This document shows positions 11,940-23,856 of a stretch of 64,000 nt of DNA, piece by piece. Both the position numbers and the translations under genes were made by a program. This stretch comes from the human T2T-CHM13v2.0 reference genome, Homo sapiens, in NCBI RefSeq assembly GCF_009914755.1, contig NC_060936.1. The stretch is one strand, 5' to 3'. The notes below the pieces were generated by a model, which was not told the origin of the DNA, searched no databases, and saw only the letters and a program-made list of their open reading frames with translations. Position 1 is the stretch's first letter. The number at the start of each line of letters is the position of its first letter.

Positions 11940-12310
11940 GATGATTCATTCATTCATTCACTCATTCAGTCATTCATTGCAATTTTTACTAGGTCCCTGC
12001 TAGATACATTGGAATACCATGAAGGGCTACAAAGGCCTGACAACTGCTCCTAGCAAGTTTCCAGTCCAGGGTGGGGTCCCCAACTTCAACCCCAGCCTTC
12101 CATGCCTGAGTGTCTAACTGCCAACTAGGCTCTGAAAAGAGCCCCATTCTTTGAATACATTTAACAAAGGAACCTGCCTACCCAGAGGTGGGTGGTCAGG
12201 GGAGGCTTCCTGGAGGAAGTGAGCATCAGGTTGAGATCTGAAGAAAGAGTAGGAATGAACGAGGGAAAGTGGGAGAGGAGAAGGATGCGAAAGGGCAGGT
12301 GCTTCCGTGT
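11940..12310 (-). mobile_element. L2 fragments
   Basis: (ttca)n L2 tail; gtggtcaggggaggcttcctggaggaagtgagcat..gttgagatctgaag. Confidence 0.65.
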
Positions 12311-12602
12311 GTGGGTGTGGCCTCGCATCCCACGAGCAGCCCACAAGGTGAGCATCTCGCCCTGGGAGTGTGACTCTTGGATTCCAAGATATGCATTTCA
12401 TATGTCTTGACCCCTAAATACAATCCAGTAATGGCATCCGTTCTTCAGTAAGAAAACAGCTATCTGATCCCAACACTGAGGAAAAATGTAGGGATGTTGA
12501 GTGGGTTTCCGCATCACCCTCACCCCCATGGGATTTTAAAGAAGGATTGTGACCACTCAGAACTTTCATCAGATGCACCAACATTTTAAAAATATACAAA
12601 AA

Positions 12603-12775
12603 CAGTTGTTCTTGACCCTGGCTGCACTTTTGACTCCCTAGGGAGCTTTCAAAATCTCCAAGCCCAAGTCACACCCAAACCAAGTTAGTTAGAATCTCTT
12701 GGGGTGGAGCCCAGGGGTCAGTAATGTATAAAGCTCCCCAGGGAATCCAATGTGCAGCCAAGGCTGAGAACCACA
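12603..12775. mobile_element. MER5B-like MITE
   Basis: cagttgttcttgaccctggctgcac ... aatgtgcagccaaggctgagaaccac (inverted termini). Confidence 0.75.
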
Positions 12776-12984
12776 TAAGGAACCTGACCTCTATGGTGGA
12801 TATGGTGGATGCAAATCTACAAAGACACACTGAGCACTTATTATGTGCCAGGCACTGGGCTGGGGGTGAAGTGGAGATTCGTGAGAATCAGATCCCACTG
12901 TGGTTTAACAATAGTGTGGAAGATGGCACCCACTTTCAAAGTATGCACTAGAACCAAGATAAAGATGAAAATTTCTCTGGTCAC

Positions 12985-13120
12985 ACCAATTGCCTGGGGA
13001 GCTCAGTGCAGATTCTGTGTCAGTAGGTCTGGGTTGGAGTCCAAGAGTCTGCATTCCTAGCAAGCTTCCCCTGGATACCTGAGATGCTGCTGGACTGAGA
13101 ACCACACCTGGGTGGCAAGA
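12985..13120. mobile_element. MER5A-like fragment
   Basis: cagattctg..tcagtaggtctgggttggagtccaagagtctgcattcctagcaagcttccc. Confidence 0.7.
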
Positions 13121-13739
13121 TTCTAAAGGAAATCTCTCAGATCCAGGCTACTTTTCCCCACCATGTCTCCACTACTCTGACAAGGCTGAGCATTGTCTGG
13201 AGATGATTTTTTCTTAAATTTAGGAAAAGAAGGAAATGCACCCTCGCAGCCTGCCAGGTGTGGGCTTGTATCCCCATGTCAGCTCCCAGCACACACCTTC
13301 AGATTCAGAGCAAGGGGCATAGCTCAAGAAGAAAGAGAAGGGCTGGGGAGGCGGGTGCTGAGTCAGAGGTTTTCAAAAATAGCAAACTCTCTGTGCCCAG
13401 CAGCCCCCGCTGCCTAATGAGTCCCCTATCTGGGGCCAGAACAAAGGCAAGGAAATTCAAGAAGCATAGAGATCAAAACCGCCTCCGAGGCTCTCCCACA
13501 ATGAGTCTTCGTTTCTAATTAATCATCCCATTCTTGGCAAATCAATTGTGCATGTTTTAAAATCCGTATACCAAGAGCAAGCGATGGGGTGGGAGTTGAA
13601 AGCAAGAGGGTTCTGGAGCTGAGCTCGGGGCCATGAATTCTTGCGGGAGTAGCCGAACAGCAGGAGGGAACAGTAAAGTCAGCTGTGACCCATTCGGCAG
13701 AACCAGAAAAGAATAGATCAGGGGACACAAACACGTGCA

Positions 13740-14068
13740 GAGACCAGGCAGGTCATGGGAACCAGTGGACTGGACAGGGGTTCGTTGAAGGAGCGATGGG
13801 AGCAATGGTGGACCAGTCAGGGATTGGTCCACCTGACCCCAGAGGGTGGCTACTCAGTGCCAGCCCCTCCTTGCCAAGCAGAAATTCAGGCCTGGCTTTG
13901 CTGGATCTCCCTTTTTTTATCTGAAAATATCTGAAAGTAAGATTCTTTTAAATATGAAATATCCTGATTTATAGAAGTTGTCTCAAATGGTTTGGAAACA
14001 CCATGCCATCCATCAGAATATATTGGAGAACCACATATGGAGTGCACGCCGCCAATGTGTAACCTCTG
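13740..14068. mobile_element. MER102-like hAT-Charlie element
   Basis: tgaaatatcctgattt ... gccgccaatgtgtaacctctg terminus. Confidence 0.45.
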
Positions 14069-14401
14069 AAGTAGAGACTGGAGGAATTACCTGGAAAATG
14101 AAAAGTTATTTCCAATTAATTTAAGCCCAAACCCATCAGATTCTCTGGGAGTCCTCAGATGAAAGAATGAAAGAGAATGTATATTTGTATATTCACATCA
14201 TGCCTACTGGCAGCAGACACTGCATCCACCTCTCCAGTTGCTTATTCATTCAAACAAGACTAACTGAGCAGCTACTATTTTTCAGGCCCTTTGCTATATG
14301 TGCTGTCAACAGGTCATCCCTGGGAGCAAGGAACATAGAAGTCCACAAGATCATTTCAGATAGTGGTAAGTACTCAAAGGTGCATAAAACAGGGGGTCGT
14401 C

Positions 14402-14715
<314 letters not shown>

Positions 14716-15564
14716 TCAGGAAGCAGCTGTGTGAGCAGGCAGGGTGGGCTCCCTGAATCTGAAGGATCCAATTATCAGCCATCAAAATCTCAAGATGGAC
14801 TGTACCAGCCAGAGGAAATTGCCAAGGCAAACACCCTGAGGTAGATTTGAGCTTGAATTATTTTCATTCATCATCAAGATAAATGTATGAGGCATTGTTG
14901 TGCCCATTGATCAGATGAGGACACTGAGGCCAGACTTGCTCCCAAGATCACATGGCTAGTGAGTAGCAGAAAGCCAATTACTGATCCCCTGTCTTGGACC
15001 AGTAATGTCACTAAAATGGGTGACTAACTTGGGGGTCATTTTCCCACCTTTGCACAGCTAAGGATTCTTCCCTAAATCAAAGGAGCCAGCAGAAGAGGCT
15101 GCAGTCTGTTACCCCAGAACATTCTTTATGGTGGGGCTCCTCATGGTCCCCAGGCCAGCAGCTGTCCCTGTATTTGAAGCATTCAGGGCATTCATCTTTC
15201 TCACCAACATCCACACATACAACACCACATTAAGACTTCAAGACCACCTCCCTGGGGACTGTGGGAAGCCCCTGAGGTTTTGGTGGAAGCATCTGCTGAG
15301 ATCAGGGCATCCAACCAGCAACTGGGCTTGACCCACATGCATAGGAGAAATGAATCATCACAGTGGCTCATTATGCTTTCTAATACCTTTCAAGCTCTTC
15401 CTCCCAGTTTTATGCTTCTCAGCCTGGAGCTCACTTCCCTGGAATTCCCCAGTGGCTTGCTAATGAAAACATCCTTGTGGAACCTCTTTCTTCAATGTCT
15501 ATTTGACTCAGGAATTACAGAGTGGAAACCCATCATTTTTCCCCAAAACAAGCACAGGTACTTT

Positions 15565-16255
15565 TGTGTCCAGATTTTGCCACTGATGCTGTCTAGCAAA
15601 GCACCTAAGATTCTGTGGCTTAAAACCATAATACTTCATTCTCACTCACATATTTGTGAGCTGGGGGGTGATCAGCTAACCTGGATGGGCTTGGCCAAGC
15701 TTGGCTATTAGCCATTGATTGGATCCCAATCTGCTCCAGGTGCCACTCACTCTCCCTGGACAAGTTGGGTAGCCAGGGCATGTGCTTTTCAAGGTGATGG
15801 CAGAAATTCAAGAGGGGTGAGAATAAGCCCATGAAGACTTTTAAAGCCCAGGTGAGGAACTGGCACATCGTCACTTCTGCCCACATTCCATTGGCCAAGC
15901 AAGTCACAAGGCCACACCCCATAGATGTGTAGAAGAAAGTGAATAATCACAGTGTTCCATTATATCTTCCAATACTTTTCAAACCCTTCCTCCCAGCTTA
16001 ATGCTTCTCATAAAACTGACCCCCTGTCTTGACCCAGTAATGTCACTAAAGTGAATGACTTATTTGGCATCATTGTCCTATCTTTGCCTGGCCAAGGTTT
16101 CTTCCCTAGAACGGGGGAGCCAGCAGGCAAGGCTACAGTCTGTTACCGCATATATTCTCTATAGAGTTCCTCATAGCCCCCAGGCCCAACACCAGTGGGG
16201 TGGAGTAGACTTACCCCCTAGTGAAGGCATTGCAAAGACACATCACAAAGGAATC
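15565..16255 (-). mobile_element. MLT1I/J/K-like LTR, split by a templated insertion at about 15917-16186
   Basis: ggaactggcacatcgtcacttctgcccacattccattggccaagcaagtcacaaggcc, resuming as gcccaacaccagtggggtggagtagact...cattgcaaagacacat. Confidence 0.7.
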
Positions 16256-16284
16256 AACACCTGCATGGGGACAGAAAGGATGCT

Positions 16285-16570
16285 GCATCGGCAGAGGGAG
16301 AAATCTGGCTGGGACATAGCCTCAGTGGAGGCTTCTGTTAACCCCACAGAGAATGCTGGAGCTGAGATGATCCTACAGAGCCAGGAAGAGGTGGGACAAG
16401 ATACCAGACCTTACTACTCCTGCACTGTAATCAATGTGGGCTGTTTCCCGAAGGGACATGGCTTTGAGAAAGTTAAGCAAGAGTGATTTCTACATCAGAG
16501 GGGACTCCTGCAGAGGCTGATAGTTGCAGCATCCCCAGCTGCTGGGACAATAGGTTTTCAGTCCCACATC
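16285..16570. mobile_element. ERVL-type LTR fragment
   Basis: gaggcttctg..aaccccacagagaatgctggagctgagatg. Confidence 0.4.
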
Positions 16571-16576
16571 CACTTC

Positions 16577-16900
16577 ACAAGTCCACCCTGACATTTGTGG
16601 GGCCGGGGGCAAGAGGATAAATGGAGGTCCACATAGCATATGTCTAAATGCTTAAAATTATCAATCAAGCTTGCTAACGTTAAACAGAAAATGTTCTATC
16701 CTCCTACTTTGACAAACAGACCTTTCCCAACAACTTGGAAGCCTAGGATCTAATGAGGAACTCAGATTTCTCAGTGCTCCACGCTGGAAGACAGCAGAGA
16801 GAAAGCTGGTCATCCATCTATTTCCCACCCCTCTTAATTTCCCACCCCAGCTTCATCGCACACTAAGAAGGGCCTTGCACCCACAGATGAACACACACAG
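16577..16900 (+). mobile_element. hAT-Tip100 element (MER115/Zaphod-like)
   Basis: ccctgacatttgtggggccgggggcaagag..aaatggaggtccacatagcatatgtctaaat ... atgttctatcctcctactttgacaaa. Confidence 0.65.
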
Positions 16901-17254
16901 CCCAGTGCTCAGATCCAAAATCTGTCACTCTTTAGCCATCTTTGGCCTGAGTGCACTGCTCTTGGGAGAAAAGATCCAGGGAAGAAGCCCTGCAAGCCCC
17001 TTGGGCAGGGAATCCTCAGCTCCCAGGTACTCAGGACATGCACTAGAAGGAGGAGGAAGTGAGCTCTGGATAACCACTTTCCTGGGGAAGGGCAAGGCCA
17101 GAGGAGTATCAGAGCAGGCCTCTGTCTTCCATTGCCCAGGGAAGCCTCTCTTGCCCAAGACCAACTGCAAGGCTGGTCTAGAAGACAAGCAAGTTTTCCT
17201 CTTAGGAAGATCAAGCTCACTGGAAAGGCAGCAGAGCGAGGTGGGTAAGAACAC

Positions 17255-17455
17255 AACTCCTGTGGAACCAGACAGCCTGAGTTTCATCCAGGCTCCGTCA
17301 CTTACTAGCTGTATGATCTTGGCCTCTGTTTCCACATCTGTAAAATGGGAGTCATAAGGCTCATAGGGCTGTCATGGGGGTTAAGGGATATCACACATCT
17401 AAAGGCCTTAGACCTGGTGCCTAATAAGGATTACATAAGTGTTTGATGAATAAAA
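17255..17455 (+). mobile_element. MIR
   Basis: cacttactagctgtatgatcttgg...ctgtttccacatctgtaaaatggg. Confidence 0.75.
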
Positions 17456-17828
17456 CCACCTCCCAAAGCATCACTTTAACATGATATTCTAGTAAAAGAG
17501 CCTTCTTTCTCATAAGGGGTGGGGAAGAGGAAGAGTGAGATGGTGAAAGTGACAGAAAATCACATCCTGCCACACGAGCGAATTGCTTGACTTCCCCAGA
17601 CCCCAGACATCCAGCAAAATCCATACCCTTCAAGGATGGGCCACGGATGGCTGTGGCACCATGTAGCCACCCCCAACATGGGCAGAACGGCCCACTCCCT
17701 GCAGTTCATGGGGCCTGGCCTCTCTGACAAGAGCCACAAAAGTAAAACGTGGCTCAAACTGATTTGGAAAAACCATGGAAGAGAAGACCTGACGTGGTCA
17801 AGCTTGTTCCAGAGGAGGAGCTGGGAGA

Positions 17829-19334
17829 GTGTGTGTGTGCATGGTGTGTGTGTGGAGTGTGGGGGGGCGTGTGTGTGTGTGGCATGTGTGGGGTGCGTGT
17901 GTGCATGTGTGGCGTGTGTGGCATGTGTGTGGTGTGTATGTGACGTGTGTGGTGTATGGGGGGCGTGTGTGTGGGTGTGTGTAGTGTGTGTGGCATGTGT
18001 GTGTGTGGCATGTGTGTGGTGTGTATGCGTGGTGTGTGTGGTGTGCATGTGTGCATATGTGTGGTGTGGTGGGTGTGGTGTGATGTGTGTGTGTGATATG
18101 TGTGGTGTGTATGATGTGTGGGGGGTTTGGTGTGTGTGTACGTGTGTGTGGTGTGTCTGTGGTGTGATGTGTGTGTGATATGTGTGGTGTGTATGATGTG
18201 TGGGGGGTTTGGTGTGTGTGTACGTGTGTGTGGTGTGTCTGTGGCGTGTGTGCATGTGCATGTGTGTGGTATGGTGTGTGTGTCGTGTGTGGTATGTTTG
18301 TATGTGGTGTCGGAGAGTGATGTGTGGGGGGGGTGTGGGTGTTGTGTTCATATGTACAGGTGTATGGTGTGTGTGTGTGGTGCATGTGTGTGGTGTGGTG
18401 TGTGTGGTTTGTGTGGTGTATGTGTGTGGTGTGTGTGGTATGAGTGTGTGTGTGCATGTATGTGCTGTGTGTGCCGTGTGTGTGATGTGTGTGTGAGCAT
18501 ATGTGTGGTGTGTGTTTGTGATGTGTGGGGGGTGTGGTGTGTTTGTGTGTACGTGTGTGGTGTGTGTGTGGTGTGGTGTGCGTGTGTGTGTTCGTGTGTG
18601 TGTATGTGGTGTGTGTGTGATGTGTGGGGGGTGTGGTGTGTGTGTTTGTGTGTACATGTGTGGTGTGTGTGTGGTGTGTGTGCGAGTGTGTGTGGTGTGT
18701 GTGTGAGTGTATATGTGCTGTGTGTGTGATGTGTGGGGGGTGTGGTGTGTGTGTGTACATGGGTGGTGTGTGTGTGAGTACACAGTGTGAGATGTGTGTG
18801 TGGTGTGTGTGTGTGGTGTGTGTGTGATGTGTGTGTGGTGTGAGTGTGTGTGGTGTGTGTGATGTGTGTGTGGTGTGAGTGTGTGTGGTGTGTGTGTGAT
18901 GTGGGGGTGTGTGGGGTGTGTGTGGTGTGTGTGTGTGATGTGTGTGTGTGATGTGTATGTGGTGTGGTGTGTGTGGTTTGTGTGGTGTATGTGTGTGGTG
19001 TGTGTGGTATGAGTGTGTGTGTGCATGTATGTGCTGTGTGTGCCGTGTGTGTGATGTGTGTGTGAGCATATGTGTGGTGTGTGTTTGTGATGTGTGGGGG
19101 ATGTGGTGTGTGTGTGTACATGGGTGGTGTGTGTGTGAGTACACAGTGTGAGATGTGTGTGTGGTGTGTGTGTGTGGTGTGTGTGTGATGTGTGTGTGGT
19201 GTGAGTGTGTGTGGTGTGTGTGTGGTGAGAGTGTGTGTGGTGTGTGTGTGATGTGGGGGTGTGTGGGGTGTGTGTGGTGTGTGTGTGTGATGTGTGTGTG
19301 TGATGTGTATGTGGTGTGGTGTGTGTGTGTGTGT
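17829..19334. repeat. 1.5-kb complex (TG/TGG)-rich repeat
   Basis: Directly visible; source of the spurious His/Thr and Val/Cys ORFs. Confidence 0.97.
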
Positions 19335-19899
19335 ATATTAAAGAGAGAGACAACACAATCCTGGAGAGATGCTCAGAAGGTACCGCCAGGAAAACGAAGT
19401 TCATGGCAGAGATCCCCTAGACAGAACAGATGGAATCAGAAGCTCAAGGAATCACTTTCATGAAAAATCTGGGGGCACTCTGGGTTCAAGCAGTTCTTCT
19501 CTGGGGCCCAGCTGACCGAGGCAAGCCTGAATGAAAAGGAAGTCCCTCCACCCCATTCTAATATGGGCTATGGAAAGCGGACAGGAGTAGAATTACCCAG
19601 GGCCCAGGAGGGAAGCAGTGTCCTTCGAGAAGACCCTGGCAACTGGGTCCTTCTGGAGAGGCCTCCCTCACGTGGCCTGTGGCCCAGGGACTTCCTCTGC
19701 GAGCTCGATGCAGAACGTGAATGGACAACTTCCGGAACACGAGGAGGTGCCCCTGGAGACCCACTGAAATCACTGGGGGAGATACTGAGGAAAAAGTGAG
19801 GTCTCACAAGTAAGGACTGAAAGCCATGTCATTTGGACACTTCTGTTCTTGCAGCCCCATTTGTATAAGGCCAGGGATATTTGCTGCAGTTACATTTTC

Positions 19900-20145
19900 A
19901 TAGCAACAATACTTACTGAGCACATACTATGTGCTGACACTGTGCCAAGGGCTTTATTTGTATTAACCTATTTAATTCTCACAACAACCCTATAAGATAG
20001 GCACTGCTGGTACCCACTTTACAGATGAGGAAACAGACTCAGTTAAGTGACTTACCCAAGATCACACAGCTAGTATGTGAGGAACCGGGATTCAGACCTG
20101 GACAGTCTGGCTCTAGAATGCAATCTCTTAACTGTACACAGTCCT
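19900..20145 (-). mobile_element. MIR (near full length)
   Basis: ttactgagcacatactatgtg ... ttacagatgaggaaacagactcagttaagtgacttacccaagatcacacagctagt. Confidence 0.85.
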
Positions 20146-21082
20146 ACCTCTCTTAACTCCCACAGTGCCTTGCACGGAGCTTAGCCCATAGAGGTGCTCA
20201 GGGAATGTCTGTTACATTGAAGCAAAGTCTCCGTGAATTGAATCTGTTGGAATCAGGTGCTGTCGTTCCCACCGATTTTGTGTTCTTGTTTTGGGCCATG
20301 GTTTCTGCTAAGGCAGGGCCTTTGTCCAAGTAATGTCCTCATCACTGTGTTTAGCAAGTGCTAAGTCCCCCAAGCACCATCTGCAAACAAGGAGCCTGGT
20401 CCTCCCTTCCACTTCCTCCCCTGTCTCTGCAGCCTCTTGCTTCTTATATATCTCCCTACTTTCCTCCAGCTCATGGGCTCATGGCTCCCTCCTGGGCTAC
20501 AACTAAATCTTCTGGGCCTATTTCAGATGCATCCCTATGAACCTCTCTTAGCAATAGAGCCTTCAGAGTAACTTCTCTCACTGCAGAGTTCACCTGAATG
20601 GGGAGGAGGTGGTTGTCTGGCCAAAGCTAAGCATTGGGGGTGCTGGTTTAAACTTTCTTCCTTTTCTTGGGGCTTTTAAAGCCCTTATAGGAAAATTCCC
20701 ACTGCCTGAGATGCTGAGCTTCCACCTGTGGGAATCCTGATCCCCCATCCACTGTTCATTACCATGTGAGAAATACACAAAACAGGGCTGAGCTGTGCAG
20801 CAGTGAGGCTGCCACTCCTGAAATTGGCCATTGAGCCACAAAGGAAGCCTTTACATCACACAATTCTAGTTTCTGATCTGCTGATAAACATTCATCCATT
20901 CAGAAAATATTTATGGCATCTGTGATGCTGTAAGCACTGAGATGGGTGGCAGAGAGGCAGCACAAAACCAAATGCACCTTGTGAAATTTACAGCCAGGAG
21001 GTCAAGTGCCCTTTCCAAACCTCAGGGGTTTTGTTCTGTAAAGTGGGGGTGCTCATAAAGACATAAGGTCCCCTCAACAGTC

Positions 21083-21380
21083 TTTTTTTTATTATTTGAG
21101 ATGGAGTCTCGCTCAGGCGCCAGGCTGGAGTGCAGGGAGTGGCACGATCTCAGCTCACTGCAACCTCCGCCTTCCAGGTTCAAGCGATTCTCCTGCCTCA
21201 GCCTCTTGAGTAGCTGGGACTACAGACACGCACCAACACGCCCAGCTAATTTTTGTATTTTTAGTAGAGACTGGATTTCACCATGCTGGCCAGGATGGTC
21301 TTGATCTCCTGACCTCGTGATCTGCCCGCCTTTGCCTCCCAAAGTGCTGGGATTATAAGCATGAGCCACCACGCCCTGCC
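21083..21380 (-). mobile_element. AluSc-like
   Basis: Antisense Alu with gacctcgtgatc; TSD a(c/a)agtcttttt. Confidence 0.95.
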
Positions 21381-21479
21381 AAAAGTCTTTTTCTTACACT
21401 GTGCAACTAATCCCCAACTCTAGGAAAAAGGAGCAATGGAGGGAGAGCTAGGATGCAGCCTCTGGTTGAATTCCCCATG

Positions 21480-21590
21480 ATTAGGTCATTTCCCACTCCG
21501 GGCCTCAGTTTCTTCATTGGTAAAACAAGAGGCTGGACTGCATGGTTTCAGAGAACTCATCTTACTCTAACAGCCTGTGACTCTTCAATT
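21480..21590 (+). mobile_element. MIR3 fragment
   Basis: gggcctcagtttcttcattggtaaaacaagaggctggact. Confidence 0.55.
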
Positions 21591-22256
21591 CCAAGATTCT
21601 GATTCTAGCATGAGAATACCTTCTGAGTTCAGGAACGGACGTCTTGTAATTCTGAAAACAAGTCTCCTCCACACAGGATGCTCACATCATCACCTTCACG
21701 AAAAGCAGCAGAAAGGGAATTGCTTCTCACCGACTTGAGCGTGAAGGTGTGTGGAGACCCTCCCAGGAGCTGCTCTCTGCAGATCTCCCCAAGTCACTAA
21801 ATTTATCTTCCCCATCATGCTCTTAATCTCTGAAAATTAATGGCATGACCATCAGCTGCCTGAAGAACATAGCTGACCTATCACCAATAAATCAAAAACT
21901 CTCAGTGATGCTTCTGAATAAATGATACCCACTTGGATCATCAGGCAGGCTGGCTAGAGATGTTTAATGTACCCTGGGAGATACCTAAACCCATGCCGTA
22001 CTTGGGTGGGGAGGTAGGGAGCTTGGTAAAGAAAGCAAGAGGTGAGAAAAGCTGAGAAGGCAGGGGGCTTGGTAAGGAGAGCAAGAGGTCCCCAGAGTCA
22101 TCCCTGGGTATTTGCACAGATTCAAACCCAAAAGAGCTCTCCTAGTCAGGCATGGCTGTGCCTTGCCTGAAAGGAAAATATTTCCCAGAGGGAGAGGGAA
22201 AGATGTCCCAGACATCGTTTAATGATGTCTCAAAAGATCTTGAAAACCTGTAGAGG

Positions 22257-22561
22257 GGCTGGGCATGGATCCCAGCACTTTGGGAGGCTAAGGCTGGAGG
22301 ATCACTTGAGCTCAGGACTTCGAGTGCAGCCTGGACAACATAACAAGACCCCTGTCTCTACAAAAAAAAAAAAAAAAAAAAGAATTAATTACCTGGGCCT
22401 GGTTGCTGGTGCATGTAGTCCTAGATTCTCCAGAGGCTAAGGCAGGAGGATCACTTGAGCCCAGGAGTTTGAGGCTGCAGTGAGCTATGATTTCACCACT
22501 GCAGTCCAGCCTGGGCCACAAAGTGAGACCCTGTCTCTAAAAAATAAATAAATAAAAAATA
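22257..22561 (+). mobile_element. AluJ with a 5' internal deletion and an expanded A-linker
   Basis: TSD aaaacct(g/a)ta(g/a)ag at 22243-22255 and 22562-22574. Confidence 0.92.
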
Positions 22562-23856
22562 AAAACCTATAAAGGGTTAAGGAAAGAGATGTCAACTCAG
22601 AAACCTCAATGACAATCCTAACTTTTCTAAATATTTTGTTTGGCCAATTTCTCCATCTACAAAGCGGGGACTCCACTAAACAGAGATGCGTCCTTCCCTT
22701 GGCCTTGCACGGTTCGGTGATAAGAACCGACTAGCCCTATTTTACACAAATATAATAGGAAACAGACGCTCAGGAACGTGAAGCAACTTGTCCAAGGTCT
22801 TTCAGCAAAGGCAAGGCATGAGCCCAGTGCTGTGCCTTGTCTCCTGCAAACAGAAGTGGTGGGAACCCTATGTCTTATTTGGCCGCTTTTTCACTATTGG
22901 GGACTGGAGCCCACAAGGAAGTCCCAAGCTATGCACCCCACCCAGGGCCTCTGAGGTTTGGGTTGCAACAGATTGATGTGACTCACACAGTCTTCCTACG
23001 CATACCCCCAGCTCTGTGTTTCCTCCCACATGGCAACTCTGAGAAACTGGCAGATGGGCAGCTCCGGCCATGGCCGGAAGATCCTTTGGAGTCGGTTCCA
23101 ATGGATGCCGTGTGCAAGGACATCCCATGCCCTGCCAGGAGCTGTTTGAAAGTTCCAACCAAGCTTGGATCATGGGAAGCAAGCTCTACTTGGAAATGGG
23201 TAAGGAAATGCACTCAGGGCTACTTATGCTCAGCCCCTTACCAACATGCAGGCCTCTCTGGGAGCATCTTAGCACATCAGGCATCGAACAGTTCTGCCTC
23301 AGAACTCAGTGGTCCTACATCCGAGGGAGATATGTGGATGCTTGCCTCTGTGCCATCACTGCATTCTGCCAACTGGAAACTCGACCCAGGTCCAGGGCCT
23401 AGAGTCTCCTGCACATTTCCCCCATACCCACAAGAACATAACCATCAACCTCTAGAGCTGAGAAGGTGATCCAATGCGATGGTTTTTAAACTTAAGACAT
23501 CAAGGCCTTTCTTTAAACAAAATCTTACTCAAAATCCCAACAAGCAAAACAGATGAAAGGGAGAAATTAGAAATGAGAATCCCAGTCCCATCCTACCTGA
23601 CTTCCTCTTTCCTTCCAAAGCAGCCCCAGGGACCTTCCACAGAACTCTGGGGCCCCAGGGAACCCAGTTTGCAAACCACTACTCTAGTCAGATGGAGAAA
23701 CAGGCCCAGAAGGGAAAATGTCTGGCAAGGAGGCGATGCAAAGGTGATGCCCCTTCCCAGGTGGGGGTGCTGAAAACCTGAGCAGGAGAGAGGCAGCCCT
23801 TTACCTGGGCCAAGTCAGAGTCTGATTGTGAGTATTTGCCTAACACCAGCACACTT

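Noticed and set aside
15920-16186. B'-A' junction as a retrocopy of a back-spliced circular RNA
   Set aside because: The block ends do not coincide cleanly with GT/AG sites, there are extra junction bases, and there is no polyA or TSD. DNA template switching is the simpler explanation.
17560-19404. 614-aa His/Thr-rich ORF and overlapping Val/Cys ORFs
   Set aside because: They arise from a stop-free (CA/TG) repeat that is open in most frames, with no gene context.
22837-23469. 210-aa ORF in unique sequence
   Set aside because: Non-ATG start, no recognisable domain, several overlapping ORFs on both strands, and no clear exon boundaries.
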